Below, in pieces: positions 21,105 to 32,900 of a stretch of DNA of 64,000 nt. The stretch is from the NCBI GenBank assembly GCA_000708835.1, contig DF237271.1:38855-102854 (forward strand), in the 5' to 3' direction. The stretch comes from Klebsormidium nitens. Taxonomy: Eukaryota > Plantae > Klebsormidiophyceae. How positions within the stretch are numbered: position 1 is the stretch's first letter; every line of letters starts with the position of its first letter. Under the pieces are notes generated by a model that did not search any database, was not told the DNA's origin, and saw only the letters and a list, made by a program, of their open reading frames with translations. Position numbers and translations under genes: made by a program.

Positions 21105-24100
21105 GTGAAAGAAATGGTGGGCCAGGCTTCTGCAGTTACCCATCAGGTTGCTCCAAAGCTGGCCATGACACGATGTTGGACAGATGCCAGCTTTTCATCT
21201 TTAAAATTTGAGCGGAGGATGCACGGAGTGCGGCATCAAGGACTGGGTGGCCACTTTGTGAATCACAATGCAAAGCACGGCCTGTATGATAGATCAATTG
21301 GGGTCCCGCCGGCTTTTGTGACTGGAGTCTTCCAGAAACACCAAGACTTCAGGATAGAAGCAGCCAACTGGTTCCTGGCACTGCAACCTCCGTATACAGC
21401 TCAGTGTTTGTGTGCCAAGTCCTTGAGGAGGAAGAGGAAGACCACACCATTCGGCATGCCTATTCATGAGGGCATGATCTGGGGCACTTCTGAACTTCGC
21501 AACTCCAGCAGGTTTCCATGTCACAGCCGAGCAGTGGTAGAGCGGTGGCCTAGGGAAATGCAGAGGCAAAAGTCTAGGGTTTTCGCGACCGGCGAGGACC
21601 CCGGGGGAAGTAGCAGCGAATCAGAGATCCCAGCCACGTCGGACGAGTTCCTTCGCAAAGTCTCGTCCGAATCGTACACCAATCTGAGCAAGCAAATGCA
21701 GGAGAAAGAGGAGGCGAGCTTTGAAGGTTTGCGGCTCTGCTTTCGCTAAAAGTTTTTGGTGGATTGACCATCCGTCCCTGTTCTTATCATCAGTTCCGTT
21801 TCATCTTGCCAAGTATCAAGGGTCCAAGCTCGAGTCTTGCATCTACTTTCTCCAAGAGCCACATCTCCTCTTGTGCTTTGGCTCAAGTGAAAGGTAAGCG
21901 CTCATTAGGACAAGTTTGAAAAGGTTTCCGTGTCGGGCACCACCTTCAGGTGCTAAATGCGCCCATGCGTGACTTCCTCCAATTGTCATGACAATGTGGC
22001 CCTTGACTGCGCGTCATTTTGTTGGAAGGATTTGATCTGAGCATGTCAAAATCTCAGATAGACTTCCGATGGAAATGAGGGCAAGAATAGTAAGACGCAC
22101 TCATTCTGATTGAAACCATACGCGACATTTTGGGACATCGCGCTGAGATCATCACTTTATCGGCAATGCCGCCACCATTTCATCTCACTGTTCTGGAAAA
22201 CAAGAGGAAACCGCCATTGGATTCAAGAAGCACCTGAGTTATAATTCAACTTGATGTTCCTTACTTCGGCTTCTGAGGTCTGCCAAACATCAACTTCAAC
22301 CAGGGGTTACCAACCAGGAGGGGTTGACAGTAAAGTTGTCTCTGTCAATGCACCCCTTTGCTACCGACTTTGTTGCAGACAGAAGTCCCTGCAGCAGAGT
22401 TCGAACTCAATGCTGGTCACATGGGTGTTGGTTTTCCAAGCGGAGTAAAGCCATTGAAAGATTGCCTTCATAGAAATTTTGCCTGGACTTTCTATTGAAA
22501 GTATGCAGAACACTTTTAACAAGCCCTGTGGACCAGATTGCCTTCTTTTCAATTCTGAAGCTTCACTGTCAGGGACCAACATTTCATCGGTGCATGTTCT
22601 GTGCAGTTCTGGAACGGGACCCCTGGGGCGAAGACAACAAAATGGTGTATGTACTGGCTCAGAAAGAAGAGTCCCTGTTTACTATGAAGGTTCGAAAAGA
22701 TAGAAGGTGAGTTCAGCTTTCAGCTGGCTCCTGTAAGCATACAAAGGACGCTGTAGTGTCACTCACTGACCATGAACCTCCTATTTCCTTTGAGTACTTC
22801 AGCACCGGGTCAGGGGTTCCTGGAATTCGTTTGGACACAGAGAGGAAGTATTGAATGCCACGCCGTATGTTACCTATGCATCTACTTGGCATCTTTGAGT
22901 CAGCGGTGAAGGGGACCGTTCCTTCTTGGTTGCTCTGGGTCCTCTTGGGTGAGTCGAGAAATGTCATCAAGGGAGTACGGGTTGAGTCCGCATGACAGGT
23001 CCACTTGAGGGCTCTTGCAGATTTCCTTGTCCTTGAAGGCGTCTGAATATCACCAACTTCGTGGGGTTCGTCATCTGACAAGGGCCTTCACATCTGGCGA
23101 TTTGGTTCTTCACTCGAGCAGCTGGAAATGTCGGAATAGTCGGGGATGTGGCTTCGTTCTCAAGCTGGTGACAGGCCTTCCTGCTCAATCTGCTCTATAA
23201 GGATCAGAGAGGGTTATCGGAGCATCCTGCCAAGGCAGTTCTGACAGGGTTTAGAATTGTGCTTTGTGATTCCAGAAGCAGACAAGTGTGCCAATGTCTG
23301 TATTGCTATGCCAAAGCTTGTCGAGAGGAATCTCTACTCATGAACGAATCCCCGCTCCGGCTCCACTCGACTTTTTCCGCTCTCCTTTACTTCTCTTCAA
23401 CAATCAGACCGATAATAGCCTCCGGGGTTCAGGACTTGTAATGGGTGGCTTAATCTGCTGGTGCAGCGACGTGGAGAACGAGTTTACCACTCTGTTTCCG
23501 TCCATTGGAAGTCGGCAAAGATGGAAACGGCCGGAACCTGCAAAGCCTCCAGCGGGAGATGAGCAGGAGCCTACCGCCCGTTTTAGCATGCATGTTGACA
23601 CAGTGAGCGAGGGCATACTGGTGAGCCGAAGACTTTTTTGGAGACAGGTCGCTGTCGAATGTAAACCTGTTTCCATTCTATTACGACTAGCCAAGGCAAT
23701 TACGAGACCGAACTGCCGCAAGTGGTTGAGATCCGAGGAGACTCCGAATGTTTCACTGGAAGCATGGACAGGACTTGGGTACTGGGCTGTTATCGCTGTG
23801 TTTCCTCGTTTTGATTGTTGATATTGTCTCTGCTTATCAGCTTCAAGTCTGTTACGCAGTAACTCCAGGCATCTTTTCATGGAAATATGTGCGTTGAATA
23901 CCCAACAGATCCATGTACGGGAGAATGCATTGGAATTGCCTCAATTGTATACCTCAAAGGTAGCTTGTTGAATGATTCTGATGTCATTTGGCAGCTAGCC
24001 AGATACTAAGTCGCGCGGCCTTCATCTTGATGCAGGTGTTTGAAGACGAAGATGAGGCGACGCGGTTCTGCGGGTTGTTAGAAACGGACGGCCGCCAAGA

Positions 24101-24254
24101 CCTCTCAGTCGTAGAAACGGATGCTCCTGGGTTGTTCTCCCTTTGCCAACGGTCAAAGGCTGTCGCTATCTTGTTCAGGCAGGGTGTTATGCCACCCCTT
24201 CCGGATAGGTTGCAAAGGGCTCTGCGTGCTCGAAAGTTCTCGTTGGACGATTGA
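21105..24254 (+). CDS. Conserved plant-type uncharacterised protein, probably plastid-targeted (5' end uncertain)
   Basis: Phase-consistent exons ...-21726, 22607-22706, 23467-23620, 24036-24254 encode IPATSDEFLRKVSS, VLERDPWGEDNKMVYVLAQKE, RFSMHVDTVSEGIL, VFEDEDEATRFCGLL and AVAILFRQGVMPPLPDRLQRALRARKFSLDD. This resembles a land-plant unknown protein from memory only. The start codon is not resolved. Confidence 0.72.
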
Positions 24255-25947
24255 GCCAATATTCAATTGCATGATTACTTTCTTACAAAGCCTGGCTATC
24301 AATCTTCTGCAAGTTTGGGACAGTAGCTTTTGTTCTGGGCCACAGATTACGGGAATCATGCGTTGACCCAACTCCCTCCAAAAGATGTGCCTTGGAGAGG
24401 GGTACGTGATACAAGCATGCTAGTAGTTGTTTAACCTGTGACGCTTCGTTTCGTTCAACTTCTTAGATTGTTGACTTAGTCACAGGAGCTCCTTCAAGCC
24501 AGCAACAAGCCTAAGCAAATGTGCATGAATGCTCGTGGTCGATTCACCGTGGTGCGGCTCCATATCTACTTTGACAGAGTTCCCATGCAGAGCTCATCGA
24601 AGGTGAAAAGTTGTCAAATCAAGAAGAATACGGGATGGTGGTAAAGTTTCATTTTCATGAATTCCGGGTCACGTCATGTGACATGTGCAAGCTTCAGCAG
24701 TAACAAGCGCCGTTTGCAATCAGTCGACTAGTAGCTATCCAAAGTGATCCATATTGGATCATGAGATATCGCGAGGAGTGCCATGCAGAATTGCGCTCTT
24801 GGTATAGCATAGTTAACTAGCTCTACGTTGTCATGTAGTGGCTAGTAGTTGACCATGCTGTACCAAGACTCAGCGCCATTGCTTCATGATCTAGGTTAAT
24901 CATTAATTAAGGTTTAAGTGAGATTACATGTCAAGCCTGTCAAGTTGCTGAGCTCTTCGAAGTGACCCCATTTCCGTACGTTATTGAGGTCCCATTGATG
25001 ATTGAGGTATGTTCAGGCAAAGGATCAAGGGAGAATCGATATGGAAGGTTCTTGGTTTTAAAGCATCGCTGAAGTTCAGGTCGTGTCGTGCAGGCAAGTA
25101 ATGATCGTGCAAGCATGCATATACCTAGCAACTTGTGCAACATGATATTCTGATATGGGAGGGGTATCATCACGGCCGTGCATATTGCTGATAGCGGTAT
25201 TGCACGGGGTCAACGGGGAACTCGAGTCCGGGCGCGGGCGATCATCCCACTGTACCTGACTCTACACGGTGGACCGAAATCGACGGTCGTATATGACTAC
25301 TAAAAGAAGTGCTTCACTGTCATCCGTGCGATGTAACTGTCATTGAGGCCGCCTGACAACTCATGATTAGTCGGTACATGAATGGATAGGGGAACAATCG
25401 AGTATCAAGGCGCAAGAGTACAGCTCAGCCTCGGTGCTGAGTGCAGGCTAATACAGGCGGACCGCAGACCCGCTCCGATGGCCGAAACGCTGTCACAGCC
25501 GTCCGATCTTCAGCTAATGAAGCCAGTCTAAGAGTGCAATTTGGGCTTTAGCTGAGGACACCTAGGACCTTCCACGTGATCCGGACCTCTGGTAGAAATT
25601 TTGACGGAGCGATCTGAACCGTCCAATTCGTTAACGTTAACCAGATGGACGCTGGTGACAGCAAAGAGGCTTGTCCCCCAGCCATTTCTCAGATCTGCAG
25701 ACCGCCTGAATATCAGCGGCGAGGTGACCAGAGGTTGAATCGTGAATTGGCCGTTTCTCAGGTATAGCGCGTCCCGCGACCGGAGGTAAGCTTGAAGAGG
25801 TTTTCATTGCAACAGCTGTATCGAAGCTCTTGTTCCTATCTGTGCGGGGCCTTCAAATCTTGTCGGAGCACCCCGCGAGAAGTCTAGCCACAGGCTGGCC
25901 GCCCGCTGAGGAGACCGGCTACCTCAGTCTGACATCAGTCATTGACC

Positions 25948-25994
25948 TGCAACTTGCTTCCCGCTGAGTGTCATGCAACTTGCTCCCCGCTGAG
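25948..25994. repeat. Short direct repeat, 2 x 21 bp, period 26
   Basis: TGCAACTTGCT(T/C)CCCGCTGAG at 25948 and 25974. Confidence 0.8.
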
Positions 25995-26176
25995 AATAGA
26001 CTTTGGATCGCTCTGCGCACTCAAAAGCCTAGCTAAGCCGAATGCGCAGCTCTGATTCCTGAGTTGCAGCTGTTGAACTCTGCCAGCGACAATAAGAAGC
26101 TGCTTGACTCAGTGACGGTGACACTGCAGGCGGGGTGTTGAGCAGCACTTTGAATCTCTAGCTCCTCACGACAATG

Positions 26177-26662
26177 CTAGATTTTGGTGATGCTGAGGCA
26201 ATGCTGGGCTGGCCTTCGTGTTGGATACGTGGAACAAAGCCCAGCAAGTCTCGGTGGTTTCTGGCCAGGATTTGCATTGTGGTGAACACAGTGGGTCAGC
26301 CAGCTGCCAATCAAGCTCTGTTCGATGTTGGGAGTTGACAATGCCACGGCGTGGGCTAGAAGATCTGAAGAGTAAAGTTTGCGAAGTAACAAGTGGAAGG
26401 TGATAGTTTACTTGGTAGCTACGCGAAAAAGCTGGAGAAAAGTGCTGATATTGCGACATAGCTCCAAGGAAGGGATAAAGGGGAAGAGGGAGGTTTGACC
26501 AGTGTTCCAGCAGGAGCCCGATCTAATGTTCTCGAAGTTGCTCTCTCTGGGCTCCCTCTGCTCAAGTTGGGTCACTTGCGGTAGTCCGAAAAGACATAAG
26601 GCAGCTAAGCTGCTACAAGTATTCTGAAGTTGCAAGGAGCTCGAGCTAGCTAAGAAGCACAC
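26177..26662 (-). pseudogene. Possible decayed leucine-rich-repeat (FBXL-like) fragment
   Basis: Minus-strand fragments LQLQNTCSSLAALCLFGLPQVTQL and LFPFIPSLELCRNISTFLQ resemble the LxxLxLxxCxxIT pattern, but the frame is broken by stops. Confidence 0.22.
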
Positions 26663-26927
26663 ACGTGTCCCATCTAAAGGGCTTCTAAATCAAGCAGAAA
26701 GAGTGTCTGCACTTAGAGCAGAGTTGGCTGCTACTAGTCATTTCCAAACTAGGTGCATCTTATCAGCTCTTGAGGCAATCCCAGGTCCTGTTATGGACTT
26801 GGCAGTTTGGTCTTACGATGGGGTTTGCAAAAGGAAAGTCAGACGAGTAAAAGGTGTACAAGCCTGACCTTCTGGCAGATAGAGGAGACAAACTGCTGAA
26901 CTTGTGCACGGACACGAACGACGAAAT

Positions 26928-29900
26928 ATGGCTGCTCTTACAAATACAACATGCAACAAGTTTGTGACAATACTGTTGGGACTGCTAGTACTGGTGATAG
27001 GGGTGCAATCGCAAGGGGAGGCAAGAGTATCAGGTGTGCATTCCAACCTGTACTGTCAAGGGTGGCTGGCTGACTTTATCACAGACACCCCAGCAGATTG
27101 GCCATTGTGTGACTGAGGCCTGCAGGTCGTTGGTAAAGTTGAACTTCTAGCAAATGTGCTCCAATGAGTTGAATTGACAAAGTCAGCAAGTGTCATGCAT
27201 GAGCTTTCACCAGAGTGGATTCAAAGGCAATAACCAGCAGGCCAGGAGCTTCGTTTGCTTCTGAGTTGATTCTGAGAGCAGCATGGGATGTAAGTTCCGA
27301 TTTCTGGTCTGGAAACTTGGCTAGTTGCCTTCTTGGTTATTATTCAGTGAGCGTGCAGCTGTACTAGCAGATCTGCTTTGTTGCAGCAGCTTGCATTCCG
27401 AAGCACTTAGCAATCTAATTGCATCGGCGCTTGGCATGCTTGAGAAATGATCTTTGAACATGCCTGTCGTCCTGAACTACTGCCTTCATGAATCTGAGGA
27501 AACTACGTGTAATGCAGCTACTTTCTTTTGGAGTTGAAGCACGGCAACTGCATGCAGCATTGCCTGGACCGATCAGAAGATAGCCTGAGCTTTTCAGGTC
27601 AAACCTCACTCGATCATATCGATATCCATTTTGCAGGTGGAGAGATCCCCAAAGCGACTCTCCTAGTTCTGAGCAGTGACTCCCTGGGGGGCTTTCCACT
27701 CGGCACAGCTAGCTCAGGGTTGAAGCTGAGAGCCATTTTCTCTCAGCCAGTGGCGTTTGTGGATTTGGACAAGATCACAGCTGCCAATGGCGCCTTGGAC
27801 TCTTTCACTCTCAAAACGTTCGGTAAGTTTTTCCTCTGACCAAAGAATCAAACAAGCACGAGTGCGAAATCACAGGATCTTTCCACAGAAATCTTCCAAA
27901 GCATGGTGACAGCCATACTGGGGAAATAAGAGAGCTCAATGGCTCGCAGCCTGATCGTACTTTAGCGAACACATTGATCTTGTTCCTGCCAAAAACTTTA
28001 TGCTGCAACATAGTGGCAATCAGCCGTATTCATGCCACTTTGTCTCTTTGCTTGCTTCGAAGAGCTGCTTCCCTTGTGTTTGTACTCACTCCATCCTTTG
28101 ACACTCTGACCCAAGAACGTCCATCTCAACACCACCCTGCAGCTGCTACAGACACCTAAATACTTCAAATCTATTGCCTTTCAAGTACGAGACAGAATCC
28201 TTGCTTCTCCCCTCCGGTCATAAAAATGGAATATTTTGACCCTCAAGTTTCGTCCATTTTGTTTTTCCACGGGCAGCCTGACCTTCCTCTATGCTTCGAG
28301 TCAACTCAGCATCGAGAAGCTTGAGAGAACATGCAGTCGCAGCGCTCTCAAACTCACATAGTTTCTTCTCATTCTGCTGCAGACAACACCACGAGCAGCC
28401 TGACCCTCCTCCTTGGCGGTGCTCCCGTCACCCAGCTCAACAGCACCCAGGGGGATCCCTCCGCTGACCGCTCCGCCTGGCGTGGCCTTCTCGGCCCCGT
28501 CGCGCTCGACTTCTACGTGCGTCCGGCGCACTCCTTGACCACTGTCAACATTACATTACAGGCGGGGGCGTTTGCTGATGCCAGCGGGATTGTAAACGTG
28601 GAGCCGGCGTCGGTCGCTTTATTCTACGGTGAGCAAAGAATCGGATCTAACCGTGATAGAGGTTTGCTCATGACGGCTAATGGACACGTCCCTTCTTTTA
28701 GATATTCAAAGCTAGCAACGATCGACCGCTGATCGGAGTTTCGAAGTGACCATAATAAGGTCGATCAGAGAGGTTGGGGGAGCAACGACGTACTTTCGGA
28801 CTATGCTGAGAGGCGATGTTGAAAGCTCGATGATGTTTACTCGATAGCCATCCGGTAACTGCACGAAGGGGTACCGGTCATTTCGGAGTCGGTAGCACTG
28901 TGCTTTGGCGCGGATCGCCTTGACCGCCAATCCAAAAGAAACATGCTTACCAGGTGAATCTGATTACGCTTCCTGTATCGTCGTAAGCAGACAATAATTG
29001 AGACCTTTTAAACCCTTTTCCGCAGACCCCACCAACCCGGTCTCCCTCCCTGACTTCCCCTTCGTGAGCTCCATCGACCAGACCAGCGTGACCCTAACCT
29101 TCAGCTTTACCAAAACCTGCACGGTTAACTACACCCTGGTTAACCAACCCATCGGTTATGGCCCGGGGAACTGGACCACCCTCCCGAACCCCCAGCAAAA
29201 ACTTGACCCGCTGAAAACTGGGGCGAGCGTCAACGGCTCCGTTGTTGTGCTCGCTGGAAAAGTTGCCAGGGTAACCGTGGGTGGGTTAGCGCCTAACCAA
29301 GGCTATTTGCTGCTGGTCAGTGCAATAGATCAGTACGGGAACCAGGCCCAGGCTGTCTCCGGGGCGGCTTTGCGAACCCGGGACGTTGCGAAGGGCGCAG
29401 GTACGAAATACGATTCTCGAAAATTTTGCTAAATGTTCCATTCCTTCATTCGCTTCTCTTTGATAAGAACGGATTCTGATGCATGCATTTGTTTCTTGGC
29501 CGAGTGGCCCGGGTTGAGCTTGTGAAAGGACAAGTTACTTCAAAACATCCGAGACTTAAGAATAGTGCCCCGGCCTTGTTTGTGGGCACTTACAGGAGAA
29601 CGGTTCTCTTGAAAATATTCAGAAGGAGCTTTGTCGGATGCAAAAGGTCATCTTAAAGTCTTCCCAACTCATTTCCATTTTATCTGTTCAAAACTGCCTT
29701 TTTCTGACACAAGCGCGAGGTTTGCTTCGGCCTTGCGACCATGCGCCATCCTGCATCTTCACAAACATTTTTGCTCTCTTAGTCATAGGTCGCAACGTCT
29801 CTTCTCTCGTATATTATGCAGTCGGCGACCCGTCGCTGACCCCAGGACCGGTCGCCGCTGAGACCGCTGAAGTCTTCATTGCCACGGCTTCAAGCGGCGA

Positions 29901-32900
29901 CACATCCACCCTGCGTTACGCGACAACACCATTCAACCCGAACTCTTTGGTCCCCACACAGACCGCTATTCCCTCTTGCGACCCGTAAGTCAACTGAAAG
30001 ATTCTTGTGGTCAAAGGGTAATATGCTTCTCACTAGCATTAAGAATTCGGAAATGTGGCACATGAGTCCCGCATCTCATCTTTTGAATGTAAAAACTGGA
30101 GTTCGCGAACGTTTACGCACACGCGTCCAATGAGTCTTTGCCACAACAAAGCTCCTTTCGGAATTTAACACTGCTTATGAAGCATCGTTCCGCCTGGGCA
30201 CTTTGGTCCTGAGATTTTCGCATTTTTCTGTATGCAGAAAGGATACAAACTCGCAAATAGCCTCGAACAACGGGACGCTTCAGTTTAGCTCTTCCGTTAT
30301 CGTCTCGGTAAGCTTTCCTTATTCTCCTCCTCTACCAGAATCAGCGACACAGGATGCCGTGTCGGGGTGTAGGCATTTGGTCCTGTTTTCCTCACTTGAT
30401 TTTGCAGCACGTGTTGGATTGGCACCCAGTTACTCTCGAACCAGCATCCCCCGACCGCAAAATGCACAAAATTACATTGAAACCTAGTCCAGTCTCCTAC
30501 TACGGAAATGATGGATGGAAAAGTGCTCTGGAATGCATCCTGACTGCAGCTGTCAGCGTTACCTTGGAAGTTTCGTCGACGTCCTGTTCAAGCCTCGATT
30601 CCACCCTTGAATTTCTTGCCCATGACAAGTCTTACGAGATTTTCCGTTTCACAGCAACTATGAATCACCCCTAGGCAATTGAACTGAGAGCTCTGCTTGC
30701 AGGCCATTGCATGCGGCAACGGCACTTCGAGCAACATTGTGGACCAACCCGTGGCTACACAAGGTACGTCATCAGAAGTAAAGTGTACGATCGCAATCCA
30801 GAACAAGGAAAGATTGGAGAATCGAAACGAAGCACTTGACGAGTAGATACTCTCAAGTGTAACAGTTGTTCACTTTGTTTTTGCACCATTGGATGCGTTG
30901 TGACAACGACATCGAGATGGCCCTTTTTCGACCATTGACGACCAGGGACAAACGGATTGTTGGGCGTTCAAGTCCGGCTCTCTAGAGTTTCTTTTGGGAG
31001 CCTGGCTTACGCTACAGAAATATATAGTGTTTCGGGTTGGATACAGACTTTGATCGTAGCAGATCAAAATCTGACAGAGTTTCCTACTGAAGATGCCCAT
31101 GGAAAGGCAAAGGCCTCCTTAGCGACTTACGAACGCCTCGAAATACTCTGATCTCGTCGAGCTGTCGAGTCTCGACTTCGATTTTACGGTGCTTGATACA
31201 TTCCTTCGGCTCATTCTAGGAGCTTTGGCGTGAGGTTTTGTTTGACAGACCTTTGAGGAATGTCTAGATTTGAAACAGCTCTCATCTTTTGCAGCGGCTG
31301 CGCCGATTCTGACGCTGCCGGCGGGCCCTTTCTTCGACGCCGTATCGGTCGGTTTGCTGTACAATGGATCGATGCCCAACACTACCATCAAGTGAGTCGG
31401 AGGCGCTTCTCCGGCGCTCTTGCTAGTCTGAAAATCTCAAGAAACCTCAACGTTGGCGCTTGATACTCAACGATTCTGACCGGGGATACAAATGATTCAT
31501 CTCGACTCACAGCGGAGTATCTAATTTGCAAGCGATGCAAAATTCTGATTGATAAAACTGGAGAGAGAGGCAGGACCAAAAATTCATCATTTAACCTTTG
31601 GTATATTTCCTTTCCCCACCACTTCAAAGTTTCCTTGCACGTATAGCATGCCGCTCCGCGCAAGCTTTCCTTGTGACGCTTTCCCGATATCCATCGAAGA
31701 TGCAAAGCGACTAATTTATAGTTGGGAGTAAGTACAGATTACGCCCCTGAAAAGCCAATTGGTCTTAAGCAGAGTTGAAAGCTCCGACGGACCAAGCACG
31801 CTGAAGAGCTCCGTTCTTGAGCAAGTTGTTCTTCTTGCAGGTATACTTTTACGCCTGCTGGAAGCCCCGTTATGACGCCGGCTTGCCCCTACACTGGCTG
31901 GGCAGGTTACGGGTAAGCTCCAAAAACAACCAACTTTCGTTCAAGGCTCGTTGCAATTTCAGACGTGTTACGCTACCAAAGTCAGTTGCTTCACGCAATC
32001 AAAGCGGAGTAGGGAAAATCCGTTCTTGTTTTACAGTTAAGCTTGATTAACAAGGTTCTCGAAATGGACCGGCTCAAGCTGGCACGCAGAAACTTCCTGT
32101 GCACTTGGCCAGACGACAATACTTCGGCAAATCGTTTTGGTTGACTACTTGATCCTCACAGTCAAGTAGGTTGATCGCGGTTGCCACGTGCCGAATTTCC
32201 CGTTTCATTTTGAATTGCCAGGTGAAGAAACTCGCTCACGCAAGTGCTTCAACGCCGCTGCCCCAGAGCTCAGTTGAGCTTCCCAATGGCAATAAGAAGC
32301 CCAAGTCCGCTCAAGGGCTCTCTCTCTCTACTTCGACGAGAACGACTTTCACACACCAGTTGAGCGGAACAGCTGAAAGTGGAATCCGATTTTTGCAGCC
32401 GGAAAACAGCACCCCAAGCGGATATCACGCTCACTGCATCCGGGACACTACAGGCTGTCGCGTGTAGCAACGCGGGCCTCGTCAGTGACGTGGTGTCAAG
32501 TGGGCCAATCTTCATCCGAGGTGAGAGCATGTCTTTGCCGCAATCTAACGAACATTGTTCAAGTTGTTTCTATCGCTCCAATCTGGCTCCAACTACTTAC
32601 TTTGCGCTGCTCGTGAGCCTGGAATTACGAATAAACGCGCTTAGTAGAACTGGGTATTCCCACCTTGGAAAGTCAAAGGAGATCGCAACTACGAAGGAAA
32701 TATGGTGTGATGGCTAAAGGTCTAAGTTCTGTAGTTCCATGAACAACTGTATGCGGAAGAAGTTCCAGGGGGATTTTCCATTGCGTCGTCCTGTCTGAAA
32801 GATAGGCTCATCAGGATGGTCTTCGTTCTGATTGGATGTGCAGTCCCATTTCGCTTGACCCTTCTTTCCCCAGCTTTGCACCCCAGTTTACCAGACTGAA

